From Chiloscyllium plagiosum (lineage: Eukaryota): DNA of 64,000 bases. The notes under the pieces are model-generated. The model ran no database searches. It saw only the letters and a list, made by a program, of their open reading frames with translations, and was not told the DNA's origin. Numbering within the stretch: the first letter of the stretch is position 1; the number at the start of each line of letters is the position of its first letter. Where the stretch lies: the NCBI RefSeq assembly GCF_004010195.1, contig NC_057749.1, positions 6,167,933-6,231,932 of the forward strand, read 5' to 3'. Positions 50,820 to 62,673 of this stretch are shown here, piece after piece. The translations under genes were made by a program, and so were the position numbers.

Positions 50820-51330
50820 TGCTTGTGAGAAATAGTGTGTGAATGTGTGAACTTGAAGGATAAAGAGTTTTAGTGAATGTGTGTAAAAGATATAGATTGT
50901 GAGTGTATGTATGAGATAGTGTGTGTGTTTGTGTGTGTGAGAGAGAGATAGAGAGAGAAGAGAATGTGAGTGAATGTGTATGTGAGAGAGATAGGAATAA
51001 ATGTGAGAGCATGTAAGTGAATGTGTGTCTGAGAGAGATTGAGTGAATGGGTGAGAAAGAGGGAGCAATTGTGTGCATGTGATAGAGAGTGTAAGTGAAC
51101 ATATGTGCATGAGATGGAAAATGTAAGTCAATGTGTGTGGGGTATAGAAATTGCAACTGAATTGTATGTGAGATACAGAGTGTGAGTGAATGTGTGTATG
51201 AGTGAATGCATGAATGAAAGCGTATATGAGATACAGACTCTGAGGGAATGTGTGGGTGTACATATGAGCATGTGTGTGACTGTGAATAGAGAGGTTGTTT
51301 TAATGTTTGCGTGAAATATAGAAGTGAGAC
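50820..51330. repeat. Degenerate (GT/GA)n low-complexity tract
   Basis: Seen directly. Confidence 0.9.
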
Positions 51331-51691
51331 ATAGTTTGACCCTGAGATTAGTTCGTGAGGCATGTTTCATGGAAGAGGACTCTGTGTCACCATGAAGCCT
51401 GGAAGGAATTTCAATGTATCAGTATACTTTTCCACCTTTGAGGTAGCTATTAATTTTATGGCTGTCCATAAGTGATGTGGACCCATACACTGCCTTTCCT
51501 ATACCAGCATTTAAAAGCCAAATCAAATGTGGAATTTGGAGGAATTTAGAGCTTTTACATAAAGATGCACAATTGCAGAAAATGAAGGCTTAAAGAATGT
51601 TTAATTATTCCTCTTTCATAGAACCCCAACAGTGCAGAAAGAGGTTGTTCAGCCCACCACATCTGTAACAACTGTCCAAAGCAGCATCCCA

Positions 51692-52942
51692 ACATTACCA
51701 GGGCTAACAATTACGATGCGATTAGGCAAGATTTAGGAAGCATAGGATGGAGAAGGAAATTGCAGGGGATAAGCACATTAGAAATGTGGAGCTTATTCAA
51801 GGAAAAGCTACTGTGTGTCCTAGGTAAGTATGTACCTGTCAGGCATGGAGGAAGCTGTAGAGCGCGGGAGCCGTGGTTTACGAAAGGAATGGAACCTCTG
51901 GTCAAAAGGAAGAAGAAGGCTTATGTTAGGGTGAGATGTGAAGGCTCAGTTAGGGTGCTTGAGGGTTACAAGGTAGCCAGGAAAGACCTAAAGAGAGAGC
52001 TCAGAAGAGCCAGGAGAAGACATGAGAATTTGTTGGTGGATAGGATCAGGGTAAACCCTAAGGCTTTCTATAGGTGTTTAAGAAATAAAAGAATGACGAG
52101 AGTAAGATTAGGGCCAATCAAGGATAGTAATGGGAAGTTGTGTGTGGAGTCAGGGGAGATAGGGGAAACACTAAATGAATATTTTTCAACAGTATTCACT
52201 CTAGAAACGACAATGTTGTCGAGGAGATTACTGAGATACAGGCATCTAGACTAGGTGTGATTGAGGTTCACAAGGAGGCAGTATTAGAAATCCTGCAGAG
52301 TGTGAAAATAGATAAGTCCCCTGGGCCGGATGGGATTTATCCTAGGATCCTCTGGGAAGCCAGGGAGGAGATTGCCGAGCCTTTGGCATTGATCTTTAAA
52401 TCGTCATTGTCTACAGGAATAGTGCCAGAAAACTGGAGGATAGCAAATGTGGTTCCCCTGTTCAAGAAGGGGAGTAGAGACAACCCTGGTAATTATAGAC
52501 CAGTGAGCCTTACTTCAGGTGTTGGTAAAGTGTTGGAAAAGATTATAAGAGATAGGATTTATAATCATCTAGAAAAGAGTAATTTGATTAGGGATAGTCA
52601 GCATGGTTTTGTGAAGGGTAGGTCGTGCCTCACAAACCTTATTGAGTTCTTTGAGAATGTGACCAAACAGGTAGATGAGAGTAAACCGGTTGATGTGGTG
52701 TATATGGGTCTCAGCAAGGCGTTCGATAAGGTTCCCCACAGTAGGCTATTGTACAAAATGCAGAGGAATGGGATTGTGGGAGATATAGCTGTTTGGATCA
52801 ATAATTGGCTTGCTGAAAGAAGACAGAGGGTGATGGTTGATGGGAAATGTTCATCCTGGAGTCCAGTTACCAGTGGTGTACCACAAGGGTCAGTGTTGGG
52901 TCCACTGCTGTTCGTCATTTTTATAAATGACCTGGATGAGGC
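51692..52942 (+). mobile_element. CR1 ORF2 internal fragment (linker plus RT N-terminal half)
   Basis: [36 protein letters not shown] and [22 protein letters not shown] in ORF 52257-53165. Confidence 0.95.
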
Positions 52943-53284
52943 AGTACACCACCAATTTTGGTATTACCAGAAACTTACTAACCATACTTTTGATCTTCTA
53001 ATCCTAGCCATTTACATAAATGACAAGCAAAAGCAGACCCAGCACCAATCCCTGTGGAACTGTTGGTCACACCCTTTCAACAATACACTCTGCCTCCTGC
53101 CGTTAAGCCTATTTTGTATCCAATTAGCAGCTCACCCTGAATCCCATGTGACCTACCTTTATTAATTAGTCTACCATGCGGAACCTTGTCAAGGGCTTCA
53201 CTAAGTCCAAGTAAACAATGTCTACTGCTCTGCCCTCATTGATCTTTATGATTATTTTCTCAAAAAACTCAATCAAGTTTGTGA
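52943..53284 (-). mobile_element. Inverted, more decayed CR1 RT fragment
   Basis: Similar to 21780-22131 (caccaattttgg...aaaaaactcaatcaagtttgtga). Confidence 0.8.
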
Positions 53285-53480
53285 TGTTATGAACTAGGCC
53301 AGACCACTCCAAACATTCTTAAGCAGGCAGCCCAGACCATAACTTTGGAGATTGTTTTGTTAATTGTACAGTGAAAATTACCTGGAGTAAGATAGTTAGG
53401 TTGATTACTAGATTTTGAAACAGGCAAAAGTTTATTCACAAAATTACCAAATAAACACAAAGAACAGAATAAAGAACTCC
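53285..53480 (-). mobile_element. Partial LTR of the same Gmr1-like family
   Basis: tgttatgaactaggccagaccactccaaacattcttaagcaggcag... aligns by eye with 17052-17250. Confidence 0.85.
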
Positions 53481-53732
53481 TAAGGGGTGATAGATATAGT
53501 ACAGATGTCAGAGGTAGTTTCTTTACTCAGAGAGTAGTAAGGGTATGGAATGCTTTGCCTGCAACAGTAGTAGATTCGCCAACTTTAAGTACATTTAAGT
53601 CGTCATTGGACAAGCATATGGATGTACATGGAGTAGTGTAGGTTAGATAGGCTTCAGATTGGAATGACAAGTTGGCACAACATCGAGGGCCGAAGGGCCT
53701 GTACTGTGCTGTAATGTTGTATGTTCTATGTT
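53481..53732 (+). mobile_element. CR1 3' end, (ttctatg)-tail subfamily
   Basis: Reverse-complement similarity to 26860-27105 and 62674-63040. Confidence 0.85.
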
Positions 53733-53734
53733 TT

Positions 53735-53935
53735 ATAACACACTTAACCTCTTCAACACAGCCAATCCACCTAAACCGCACATCTCTGGACTGTGGAAGA
53801 AAACTGGAGCACCCAGGGGAAACCCATGCAGACATGGGGAAAATGTGCCAACTCCAGTCACCTGAGGGTGGAGTCAAACTCAGGTCCCTGGCACTGTGAG
53901 GCTGCCTTAATAATCACTGAGCGATCATGACACTG
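53735..53935 (-). mobile_element. Partial V-SINE
   Basis: Reverse-complement head and core. Confidence 0.75.
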
Positions 53936-55754
53936 CTCAATGCTTCTCTGGGAGCTGCATAGAGGCAGAAAGAGATACTATCTCCCTGCAATATGCCGGT
54001 GGGAAGAAACTGGAGCTTCTGTTCACCATGCTGGATGCAGAGCTTAAGCACTGTTCTCCTGCAATAGGCAATTTGAGTGACACTGACACCATATGCTCAC
54101 CCAAAAGACCATAAGGTACTTGGTGAGGGTTATTACCATTGGTGAGTTGTCAGACTGCATAGGGATCAGGGTGGGTGGGTCTGGTAGATGGGGGTGTGCA
54201 GATATGCATAGATACATATATACGAGTGAATATGAAGAGTGATGTGATGTGGCTGACTTGACAAAGCACCGTGAGGTCAGACAAATGATATGTATAGCAG
54301 GTTATATGCAAGTGTACAAGTGTGCTCACTTTTCCTGACCTGGTAAGCTCATTAACATGCTTCAGCCCTACATCCAGAATGGTGAATTCAGCTCCAGCTT
54401 CTTATCACTGGAACTACCTTCAGCTTTAGCTTTCTGGTGCCACCTGTAGGTTTCCCTCTCATATTGCAGGGAGACGGTATCTCTTTCCACCTCTTCGCAG
54501 CTCCCAGTTTAGAGGGGTGGTCTGGACTCGATGGGCTGAATGGTCTCTTTCCGTACTGGAGGGATTCCATGATTTTGTGATTCTATTTGCCTTGCAATTA
54601 AGGATATCATTCTGTTTCCCTTCCTAATAATTTGCTCTGTCTGCTGGATCCACTGGGCCAGCACCTTGCTGCTTGGTTATGTTGCGCAGAGTCCATGAAT
54701 CCATTGTCAATTGTCGAGAAAAACCCATCTGGTTCCTTTTGTGGAAAAACACTGCCATCCTTACTTGGTCTGGCCTACATGTGACTCCAGACCCACAGTG
54801 ATGTGGCTCACTCTTTATTTTCTGACATCTTCGTCTGTGAATGAATAAAAATGAAATAGTAGGAAGCCATAGCTCTGCAAAAAAAAAACCCATTTAGTGA
54901 AGACTGAAGGTCACTCCAGAACAACGAGAGTCCTGAAGCAGATCTTGTGCAGGCCAATTGTTTATCCAATTGCATTTCCTGTGATCATATGAATTTCACT
55001 GTCCTGCTCATGGGTTTCCCTTTGGCATTATTAGCCAGGTTTGTGATCTAACAGCCAGCCCTCATGTTTTGATTTTTGGTTTGCTTTGATTTGATATATT
55101 ATTGTCATATGTACTGAGATACAGTGACAGGTATTGTTTTGCATGCTACCTCGGCAAATCATACCTTACATTGGTGCATCAGCGTAATAGAACAGAATGC
55201 AGAATATAGTATTACAGCTACAGAGAGAAAGGTCAACTCTAATAGATGAGAGATCTGTTCATAAATCTGATAACAATGGGGAAGAAGCTGTTCTTGAATC
55301 TGTTGGCACAGTCCATAGGGACCTGACCTGCTATAGGATAAATGCATCCTGGAAATTCCTGGCACATGTCCATAGAATGCTTTTTTCCTTGTATTTGCAC
55401 AATGGCTGCATATTGAAGGATGAGCAGTCAATGCCATGCTACACCTGTGGAAAACCAAACAAAGTTACCCACCAGAGACCAGCCATTCTAACCAGCGTCA
55501 CCACAAGCAAAGTTCATATCATTCTCAATTCTGAACAAACCAGCAGCCCCTGTCTTATGTAGTTCTTCAAATCCTGGAAATATTCTCTCGCAGAGCCCTG
55601 GAAGAATCCCAAGCTGAAAAGATTGAGGGTGTGTGGTGACTTACACTAAGAACTAGTATCACACTGTCAACGAGAGCTCGTCTTCTTCTTAGAGAGTGAC
55701 TTTGTTTTCACAGTCAAGCCTCTGATGAACTGCATATCTGTTCTCTCAATGTTG

Positions 55755-56790
55755 TTACTCTCACCTTTTGTTTTGCTTCTCTCCCTCACTCTCTGTTCTC
55801 CCCTCCCCACTGCTCTCCCCTCTATCTGCTATTTTCATCTCTCTACTGTATGCCCTGGTCTCTATTATTCTGCCCTCTCTACTGCTAGTCTGCCCTCTCT
55901 ACTGTACTCTCCCTCTCTCTCTCTGCTCTCTCCATTCTCTGTTCTCCCCTCTCTCTGCTTTACTCCCCACTATCAGCTANNNNNNNNNNNNNNNNNNNNN
56001 NNNNNNNNNNNNNNNNNNNNNNNNNNNNNNNNNNNNNNNNNNNNNNNNNNNNNNNNNNNNNNNNNNNNNNNNNNNNNNNNNNNNNNNNNNNNNNNNNNNN
56101 NNNNNNNNNNNNNNNNNNNNNNNNNNNNNNNNNNNNNNNNNNNNNNNNNNNNNNNNNNNNNNNNNNNNNNNNNNNNNNNNNNNNNNNNNNNNNNNNNNNN
56201 NNNNNNNNNNNNNNNNNNNNNNNNNNNNNNNNNNNNNNNNNNNNNNNNNNNNNNNNNNNNNNNNNNNNNNNNNNNNNNNNNNNNNNNNNNNNNNNNNNNN
56301 NNNNNNNNNNNNNNNNNNNNNNNNNNNNNNNNNNNNNNNNNNNNNNNNNNNNNNNNNNNNNNNNNNNNNNNNNNNNNNNNNNNNNNNNNNNNNNNNNNNN
56401 NNNNNNNNNNNNNNNNNNNNNNNNNNNNNNNNNNNNNNNNNNNNNNNNNNNNNNNNNNNNNNNNNNNNNNNNNNNNNNNNNNNNNNNNNNNNNNNNNNNN
56501 NNNNNNNNNNNNNNNNNNNNNNNNNNNNNNNNNNNNNNNNNNNNNNNNNNNNNNNNNNNNNNNNNNNNNNNNNNNNNNNNNNNNNNNNNNNNNNNNNNNN
56601 NNNNNNNNNNNNNNNNNNNNNNNNNNNNNNNNNNNNNNNNNNNNNNNNNNNNNNNNNNNNNNNNNNNNNNNNNNNNNNNNNNNNNNNNNNNNGTTCTCCC
56701 TTCTCTGCCGATCCCCCTCCCTGCTCCCCCTCTCTATATTGACTTGTCTTTAATGTTACTGCCTCTCTCTCTCTGCTCCTCCCCCTGTGG
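55755..56790. repeat. CT-rich low-complexity tract spanning an assembly gap
   Basis: Pyrimidine-rich sequence on both sides of the N run. Confidence 0.8.
55980..56692. other. Assembly gap (N run)
   Basis: Seen directly. Confidence 1.
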
Positions 56791-57177
56791 CTGTCCACTG
56801 ATTGAACTCGCCACATTAGGTTTCATTGCTTCTGACATTCATTTTGCTGAAAATCTGAGCCGTAATCTAGGCCAGGCCTGACCTGAGTCTCAATCTCTCC
56901 AAAGTGATCACATGTATTCTGAACAAATCTGTGCTTCGATTGTATGCATTTCCAATGGATCCTTTACATTGTCCTTCTTTTCTCGTTGATTCCAAAGCCA
57001 AGTTTCATGAGCCCCAGGAAACAGGTAATTGTGTCATTGAAATTGGACGCAGACTGAAATATCACTGCAATGATTCATAAACTTATGCTGCTAACCTGCC
57101 TTTCTAAAGGGGATTACTGGTAACCTGCTGAAAATATGTATGTTCAACTCAAATGTCAATGCGTTGGATTTAGCTTA

Positions 57178-57380
57178 GTGAGAAGTCACATGACCCCAGG
57201 TCATAGTCCACCGGGTTGATTTGAAATCACAAGCTTTTGGAGTGCTGCTCCTTCCTCAGGGTCTGGCGAAGGAACAGTGCTCCAAGGGCTTGAGATTTCA
57301 AATAAGCCCGCTGGACTATAACTTAGCGTCTTGTGACTTCTGATTTTATCCACCCCAGTCCAACATCAGCAACTCCGCAT
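57178..57380 (+). mobile_element. Fold-back Penelope-like element, family C (partial copy at ~39838-39927)
   Basis: Imperfect inverted arms centred at ~57261. The - strand reads CTGAGGA-a-ggag-cagca-ctcc-AAAA-gcttgtg. Confidence 0.65.
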
Positions 57381-57394
57381 ATTGAAATTAGCTT

Positions 57395-57770
57395 GCATGT
57401 GAGAGAATAGGAGCGCATCAATGTGTGTGACACAGAGAAAGAGAGAGTGTGTTTCAGTGTATGTTTGAGAGAGCATGTAGAGGGTGTAGACATGTGTGAG
57501 CGGCAAGGCAGCATGAACATGTGACAGAGTATGCGTGTGGGAGTTTGCACATGTGAGAGCATATATGTGTGTGCATGAAAGAATATATGTATGCTCTGTC
57601 TGTGTGAGAGAGAGAGGGTTTGTATGTATCAAGTGTGTGTGAAGAGAAAATGTGTGTGAGTGCATATGTGTGAGTGAACATAGACATATAGTGTGCATTT
57701 GTGAGTCAGAACATACATATGCAATCTATATGTGTTAGAGAAAGAGAACATACATCTGCATGTATGAGTA
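57395..57770. repeat. Degenerate (GT/GA)n low-complexity tract
   Basis: Seen directly. Confidence 0.88.
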
Positions 57771-57786
57771 CATTTATGGCACTCAT

Positions 57787-58112
57787 GGGGTGGCTCAGTA
57801 GCTAGCACTGCTACCTTACAGCACCAGGGACCCAGGTTCAATTCCATCCTCGGGTGATTGTCTGTGAGGAGTTTGTACATTCTCCCTGTGTCTGCGTGGG
57901 TTTCCTTTGGGTGCTCCGGTTTCTTCCCACTGTCCAAAGATGTGCAAGTTAGGGTGGACTGACCATGCTATATTGTTAGGTTAGGTGGTGCAGACATGGG
58001 AAATGCAGGGATAGCGGGGGCAGGGGTTGGCCTGGGCCGAGTGGCCTTCAGGAGGTCAGTGTGGACTCAATGAGCTGAATGGCCTGCTTCTGCACTGAAG
58101 GGATTCTATGAT
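57787..58112 (+). mobile_element. V-SINE
   Basis: Head, core and decayed tail. Confidence 0.85.
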
Positions 58113-58563
58113 AATTGCTCAAAGCCACAATTGCTCAGTGTTATGGAGAGGATTGTGTGGTGGATAATTCAACCCTCTTTTCCACAGGCATTTAGAACAA
58201 AGGTGAAGAACATTTCTGCCTCTCTCTCTCTTTTAACCAGAAGGTTTCAGCATTTGACTTGAAATAAATAGCAGTATCTTCAACTCCAACAATTATCCTG
58301 GCACGTTCACAACTGGGCTCCAAATTGGTCTGAGACTCATCTGCTGAGCATTTTTCAGAATTCCCTGCACTTATTTTAATTTCAGATTTCCAGTTTATTT
58401 TGAAATTGATGGAGCTGCTTCCTGATGTGGTTACCTTGGACCTTATTCTTATCTGAGGTGGACGCAGTCATTGGAGCCTGCTTCAGACTTTAATAGGGTT
58501 GGTATTTCAAAAAGCCCACGCATCTTACACTGGAGAAGGGGGCCATGTGACTCTGTACTGGTC

Positions 58564-58876
58564 TTAGATTAGATATTAGAAACAGTGTGGAAACAGGCCC
58601 TTCGGCCCAACAAGTCCACACCGACCCGCCGAAGCGCAACCCACCCATTCCCCTACATTTACCCCTTTACCTAACACTACGGGAAATTTAGCATGGCCAA
58701 TTCACCTGACCTGCACATCTTTGGACTGTGGGAGGAAACCGGAGCACCTGGAGGAAACCCAGGCAGACATGGGGAGAATGTGCAAACTCCACACAGTTAG
58801 TCGCCTGAGTCGGGAATTGAACCCGGGTCTCTGGCCCTGTGAGGCAGCAGTGGTAACCACTGTGCCACCGTGCCGC
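58564..58876 (-). mobile_element. V-SINE (HE1-like), well preserved
   Basis: Reverse complement of the 32751 copy. Confidence 0.9.
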
Positions 58877-60687
58877 TCCGTCTTTTGAAGGAGCTATCCA
58901 CAAAACCAATATTGCCTGCCCTTTCCCCTCAGCACGGCATATTTCCTGTCTTCAGGAGACCATCTGTGTGGCAGCTTACATTTTCGGAACATTTTCCTGC
59001 TTGGTTTGCAAAGTTGTAAGCACCAATTGAGTTTGATGTCCACTCTGCTGGTGTAGGAGGTTGTCATGCCTAATTTCATTCCCCACTATCCCCACCCTTC
59101 CATTACAGCTCTGTTTTGAATCTGAATTACCAATAGATTTTTCAATTACAAATATGCCAACAACAATTATAGTAAATTGATGGGTTTTCAAGTCCAGTTA
59201 AAGTCATGCCTATTATCTCCAGCTTATAGTATTCCCTATGGAACTTGGGTTGTCAGTGAGGGAATGGGAATAAATGTCTGCTTTATTGTTTTACTCAGCT
59301 CTCACGCCCACCCATTTGTAATTCTTCAAACGATGTCTGCTCAACACAGCCTCAACATCAACACAACGGTTAAGATCTTGCTCCAGGTGAACTTGCATTA
59401 TAAAATGACGATCTGAAATGTGTTTGCTTGTCTTCATTCTGGGAAATGGGTTCAGGTCTCTGGGCTATCACAACATCATTAGTGGAAGCATCTGCAAAGA
59501 AGCCGACCATTTTGAGCATCTCTAACAGGCCCAAGTGGATGCCAAACTCAAACAGTGAGAACAATCTGGAACAAGATGGCACCGATGCAGGGTGACTCTT
59601 TGCGAGCGCCCTGCAGTAAATCTTATTATCAAATTTCTCACAATCATTCTGCACTTTTAAAACCTCAATCATTCCTTGCTCTGTTCAATCATCTTATAAT
59701 CTTTGTGTCTTTTCTGTTATGATCTGCCTATACGGCATGCGAGACAAAACTTTTCACTGTATTAAGGTACATCTGAGAATAATAAACCAAATCAAAGCAA
59801 AGAGGAGTGGGTGAAATCCTGAGCATTACACCCACTCATTTCAACATTTACCACCCGGTAAACCTGTGGCTGGGCATGTCAGTCAAATGCTCAGTCACAT
59901 CAGGATCCACAGTACTGTGAGTGCGAGAGAGTCATCCTTAACCCAAGGGACTGCTTAAGCAGGAGATGAGTTATAATGGCACTCAAATTGTGCCATCCAT
60001 TCAACAGAATGCTCTGGACTTAAAATCCCAAAAGAAACATGGAATCTGAGCTTCGTGCAGTGAATTCCCAATTGCTAATGTAGCTGGTGGTCCCTGACTT
60101 ACAATCCCTGTCTTCACAACATTCATACTTCTGAATAAAATCCTGCCTTATTATTCGTCTCAAGGATCCAACAGGCAAACACTTGGTCGTAGTCACAAAC
60201 AGATAGTTTATACTGCACTGTACCGTGTATTGATACGCGTACAAATTTATTCTGGAATGGAGCCCATTTGTAACCCAGGGACTGCCTCTAGCATTTTTGA
60301 CTATAGCTTAAATACAATATGTATGAGAGTGGTTCAATTAAAGTGTTTCTGTGAGGGTGAGAAATAGTGTGCGTGTACGAGATAGAGGGATTGTGAGGTA
60401 TGCCTATTCAAGACAGAGATGAGGAAGATTTTGTTTTCTCTGAGGATAGCTCAATCTATGGAATTCCTTACAGCAGAGGATAGCCAAGGCTGGGTCATCA
60501 AGACTGAGATGGATGCATTTTAAATCAGTAAGGAAATCGAGGATTATGTGGAAAATGCAGAAAGGTGAAGTTGAGGATTATCAGTCTGGTCAGGGTCTCA
60601 TTGAATAGCAGAACAAACCCGATCGACTGAATTAATTACTTTACTCCTAAAGCGTATGAATTGGATGAAAGCAAGTAACAATATATT

Positions 60688-60972
60688 AGGGGTGGCTCAG
60701 TGGTCAGCAGTACTGCTCCACAGCACCAGAGACCCAGGTTTGATTCCCCCCTTCAAGAGACTGTCTGTGTAAAGTTTGCAATGTTGTCCCTGTGTCTGTG
60801 TGGGTTTCTTCCAGGTGCTTCCCACAGTCCATAGATGTGCAGGCTAGGTGGATTAGCCAACGGGAAATGCAGGGTTACAGGGATAGGGCAGAGACGTGGG
60901 TCTGGGTGGGCTGCTCTTCAGAGGGTTCGGATGGACTGAATAGCCTGCTCCCATACTGTAGGGCTTCTATGT
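60688..60972 (+). mobile_element. Decayed V-SINE
   Basis: Head and core. Confidence 0.75.
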
Positions 60973-61084
60973 ATTTGTGAGAATGAAAATATTCCTGTAG
61001 CTTTGCTTACAGAGATTCAGAGGGTTATGGAGGAACAGAAATGTAATCAGCAAATGTAACCTGAAGTAAGTATGATACAGGAAG

Positions 61085-61165
61085 TTTCTTGATGAAGGGC
61101 TTATGCCTGAAAGGTCGATTCTCCTGCTTGTCGTATACTGCCTGACCAGCTGTGCTTTTCCATCA
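61085..61165 (+). mobile_element. Partial, decayed family A arm
   Basis: ttcttgatgaagggcttatgcctgaaaggtcgattctcctgc...gctgtgcttttcca. Confidence 0.65.
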
Positions 61166-62673
61166 GTAAGTGCCCACTGCGCAAAACTCTTTAAATCTTT
61201 TTTTTTGTGTAAATTGGAAAAATTGAAGCAAATATAGTTAGATCATTATTTTTTTCAATGAAATTCTTCCAAAACTACGAGTGATCATTTCGCAGGTCAG
61301 TCTAAAAGGAATACTCAAGCACTGAGATAATATTGAGAGGATTTAGTAATGCATTCTATGAAAATGTGGTCTATAAGTAGACTGAAAGCATGCTTCCTAC
61401 TCCATTTAGATTTGGTTATCTGCTTTGCTGGCTACCAGAAATTATTTTGTTTCCCTCAAATAGATAATAATGATTCTTTCCAGTCGACATCAGGAAACCA
61501 GGAGACAGAGCTTCAATTATAGCACTTCATTTCAAGATAGATGCCACTTCACTGAACAAACACACTGTGCTCCCCTCAAGCACCTGATAAGTTTTGACAT
61601 GCATTGCTGTCAACAACACAGTCTCTCTGGTCCAAAGGTGAGAGATGAGAAGGAACAGACTCCTTCCTGATATTGTTTTGGGCTGAAGACATCAACTTGA
61701 GACATGAAATGGTTAGCATTAATTATATTTACCGATCTACATTGGTTGCTGTTTAAGCGACACGTCAATTTAAAGAAAAAATCAACTATAAATAGAGTTG
61801 TCACTAGGCTGGCTTTTGTGTTCACCGTCTGCTGAGGTCGGTTTGAACTCATACCCCCTGAATGTTGACCGTGGGCTCTTGGATTACCGGTCTAGTGATA
61901 ATCCCATTTCACTAGCACCCTGCCTATGAAGGCAGTCCACTGACTCTGCTCTGTCCTTGGGGTGGGGAAGCTGTTAAGGGCAGGTCAATTGTGCCTCCAT
62001 TTCTGGCCCCGTTTTGAGATCAAGCACCAAATCCACTGCCAAGATCTTCCCGTCCTTTGGTCAGCATTCATGTCCTCTCCACCTCGAGCGTGTTCCCCTA
62101 ATTCCCACCCTGAGACCCTCATATCACATCCAAACTGAAGTCCAGGACTTCCCCAACCACAACTCCCTGTGGGGATTCTAGGACTACTGAGTTGCCAACC
62201 AATCAGATTCTAGAACTACAGAGACAAAAAAAACCTGCAGATGCTGGAATCCAAAGTAGACAAGCAGGAGGCTGAAAGCAGCCAATTAGATTCGAGGACT
62301 ACAGAGCCGCCAACCAATCAGATTATCTAACAGCTCTCTGAAATTGGACATTCTCCCAGATGGCTGAATTCCATCTTCAGCCAACTAAAATGTTGAATAG
62401 TTGTGGGGGAGTTGGGACGTGCTCCTTATTAACTTCTCTCACGAGAGGAAGTCGTTTCTCTCTCTCCTGATCTTACTAACCCCTTCAATCATCTCAAACA
62501 CCTCAATTTGATTACCTGCTAATCTGCTAATTTACATTCCAAGAAATAATGTACCTCTTGCTGTAAAGTAATGTATCGTCCCAACCTGCTCCAAACAAAA
62601 GAACACCAGATCAGGCACTATTACAAGTCTCTATTAAATACCTCAGTAAATATCTCTACCATCTAAAAGGACA

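Noticed and set aside
50725..51370. His/Thr/Ser-rich ORFs (also 57323-57937)
   Set aside because: They are translations of degenerate (CA/CT)n tracts.
55725..56816. Long ORFs of 279-342 aa
   Set aside because: They are artefacts of the N gap and the CT-rich flanks.
59300..59672. 100-aa - strand ORF, or an RTE-like LNINTTVKILLQ remnant on +
   Set aside because: The similarity is too short and weak to call either one.
5571..60972. tRNA genes at tggctcagtggttagcact...ggttcaattcc
   Set aside because: Each continues into the SINE core and tail, so they are SINE heads and not tRNA genes.
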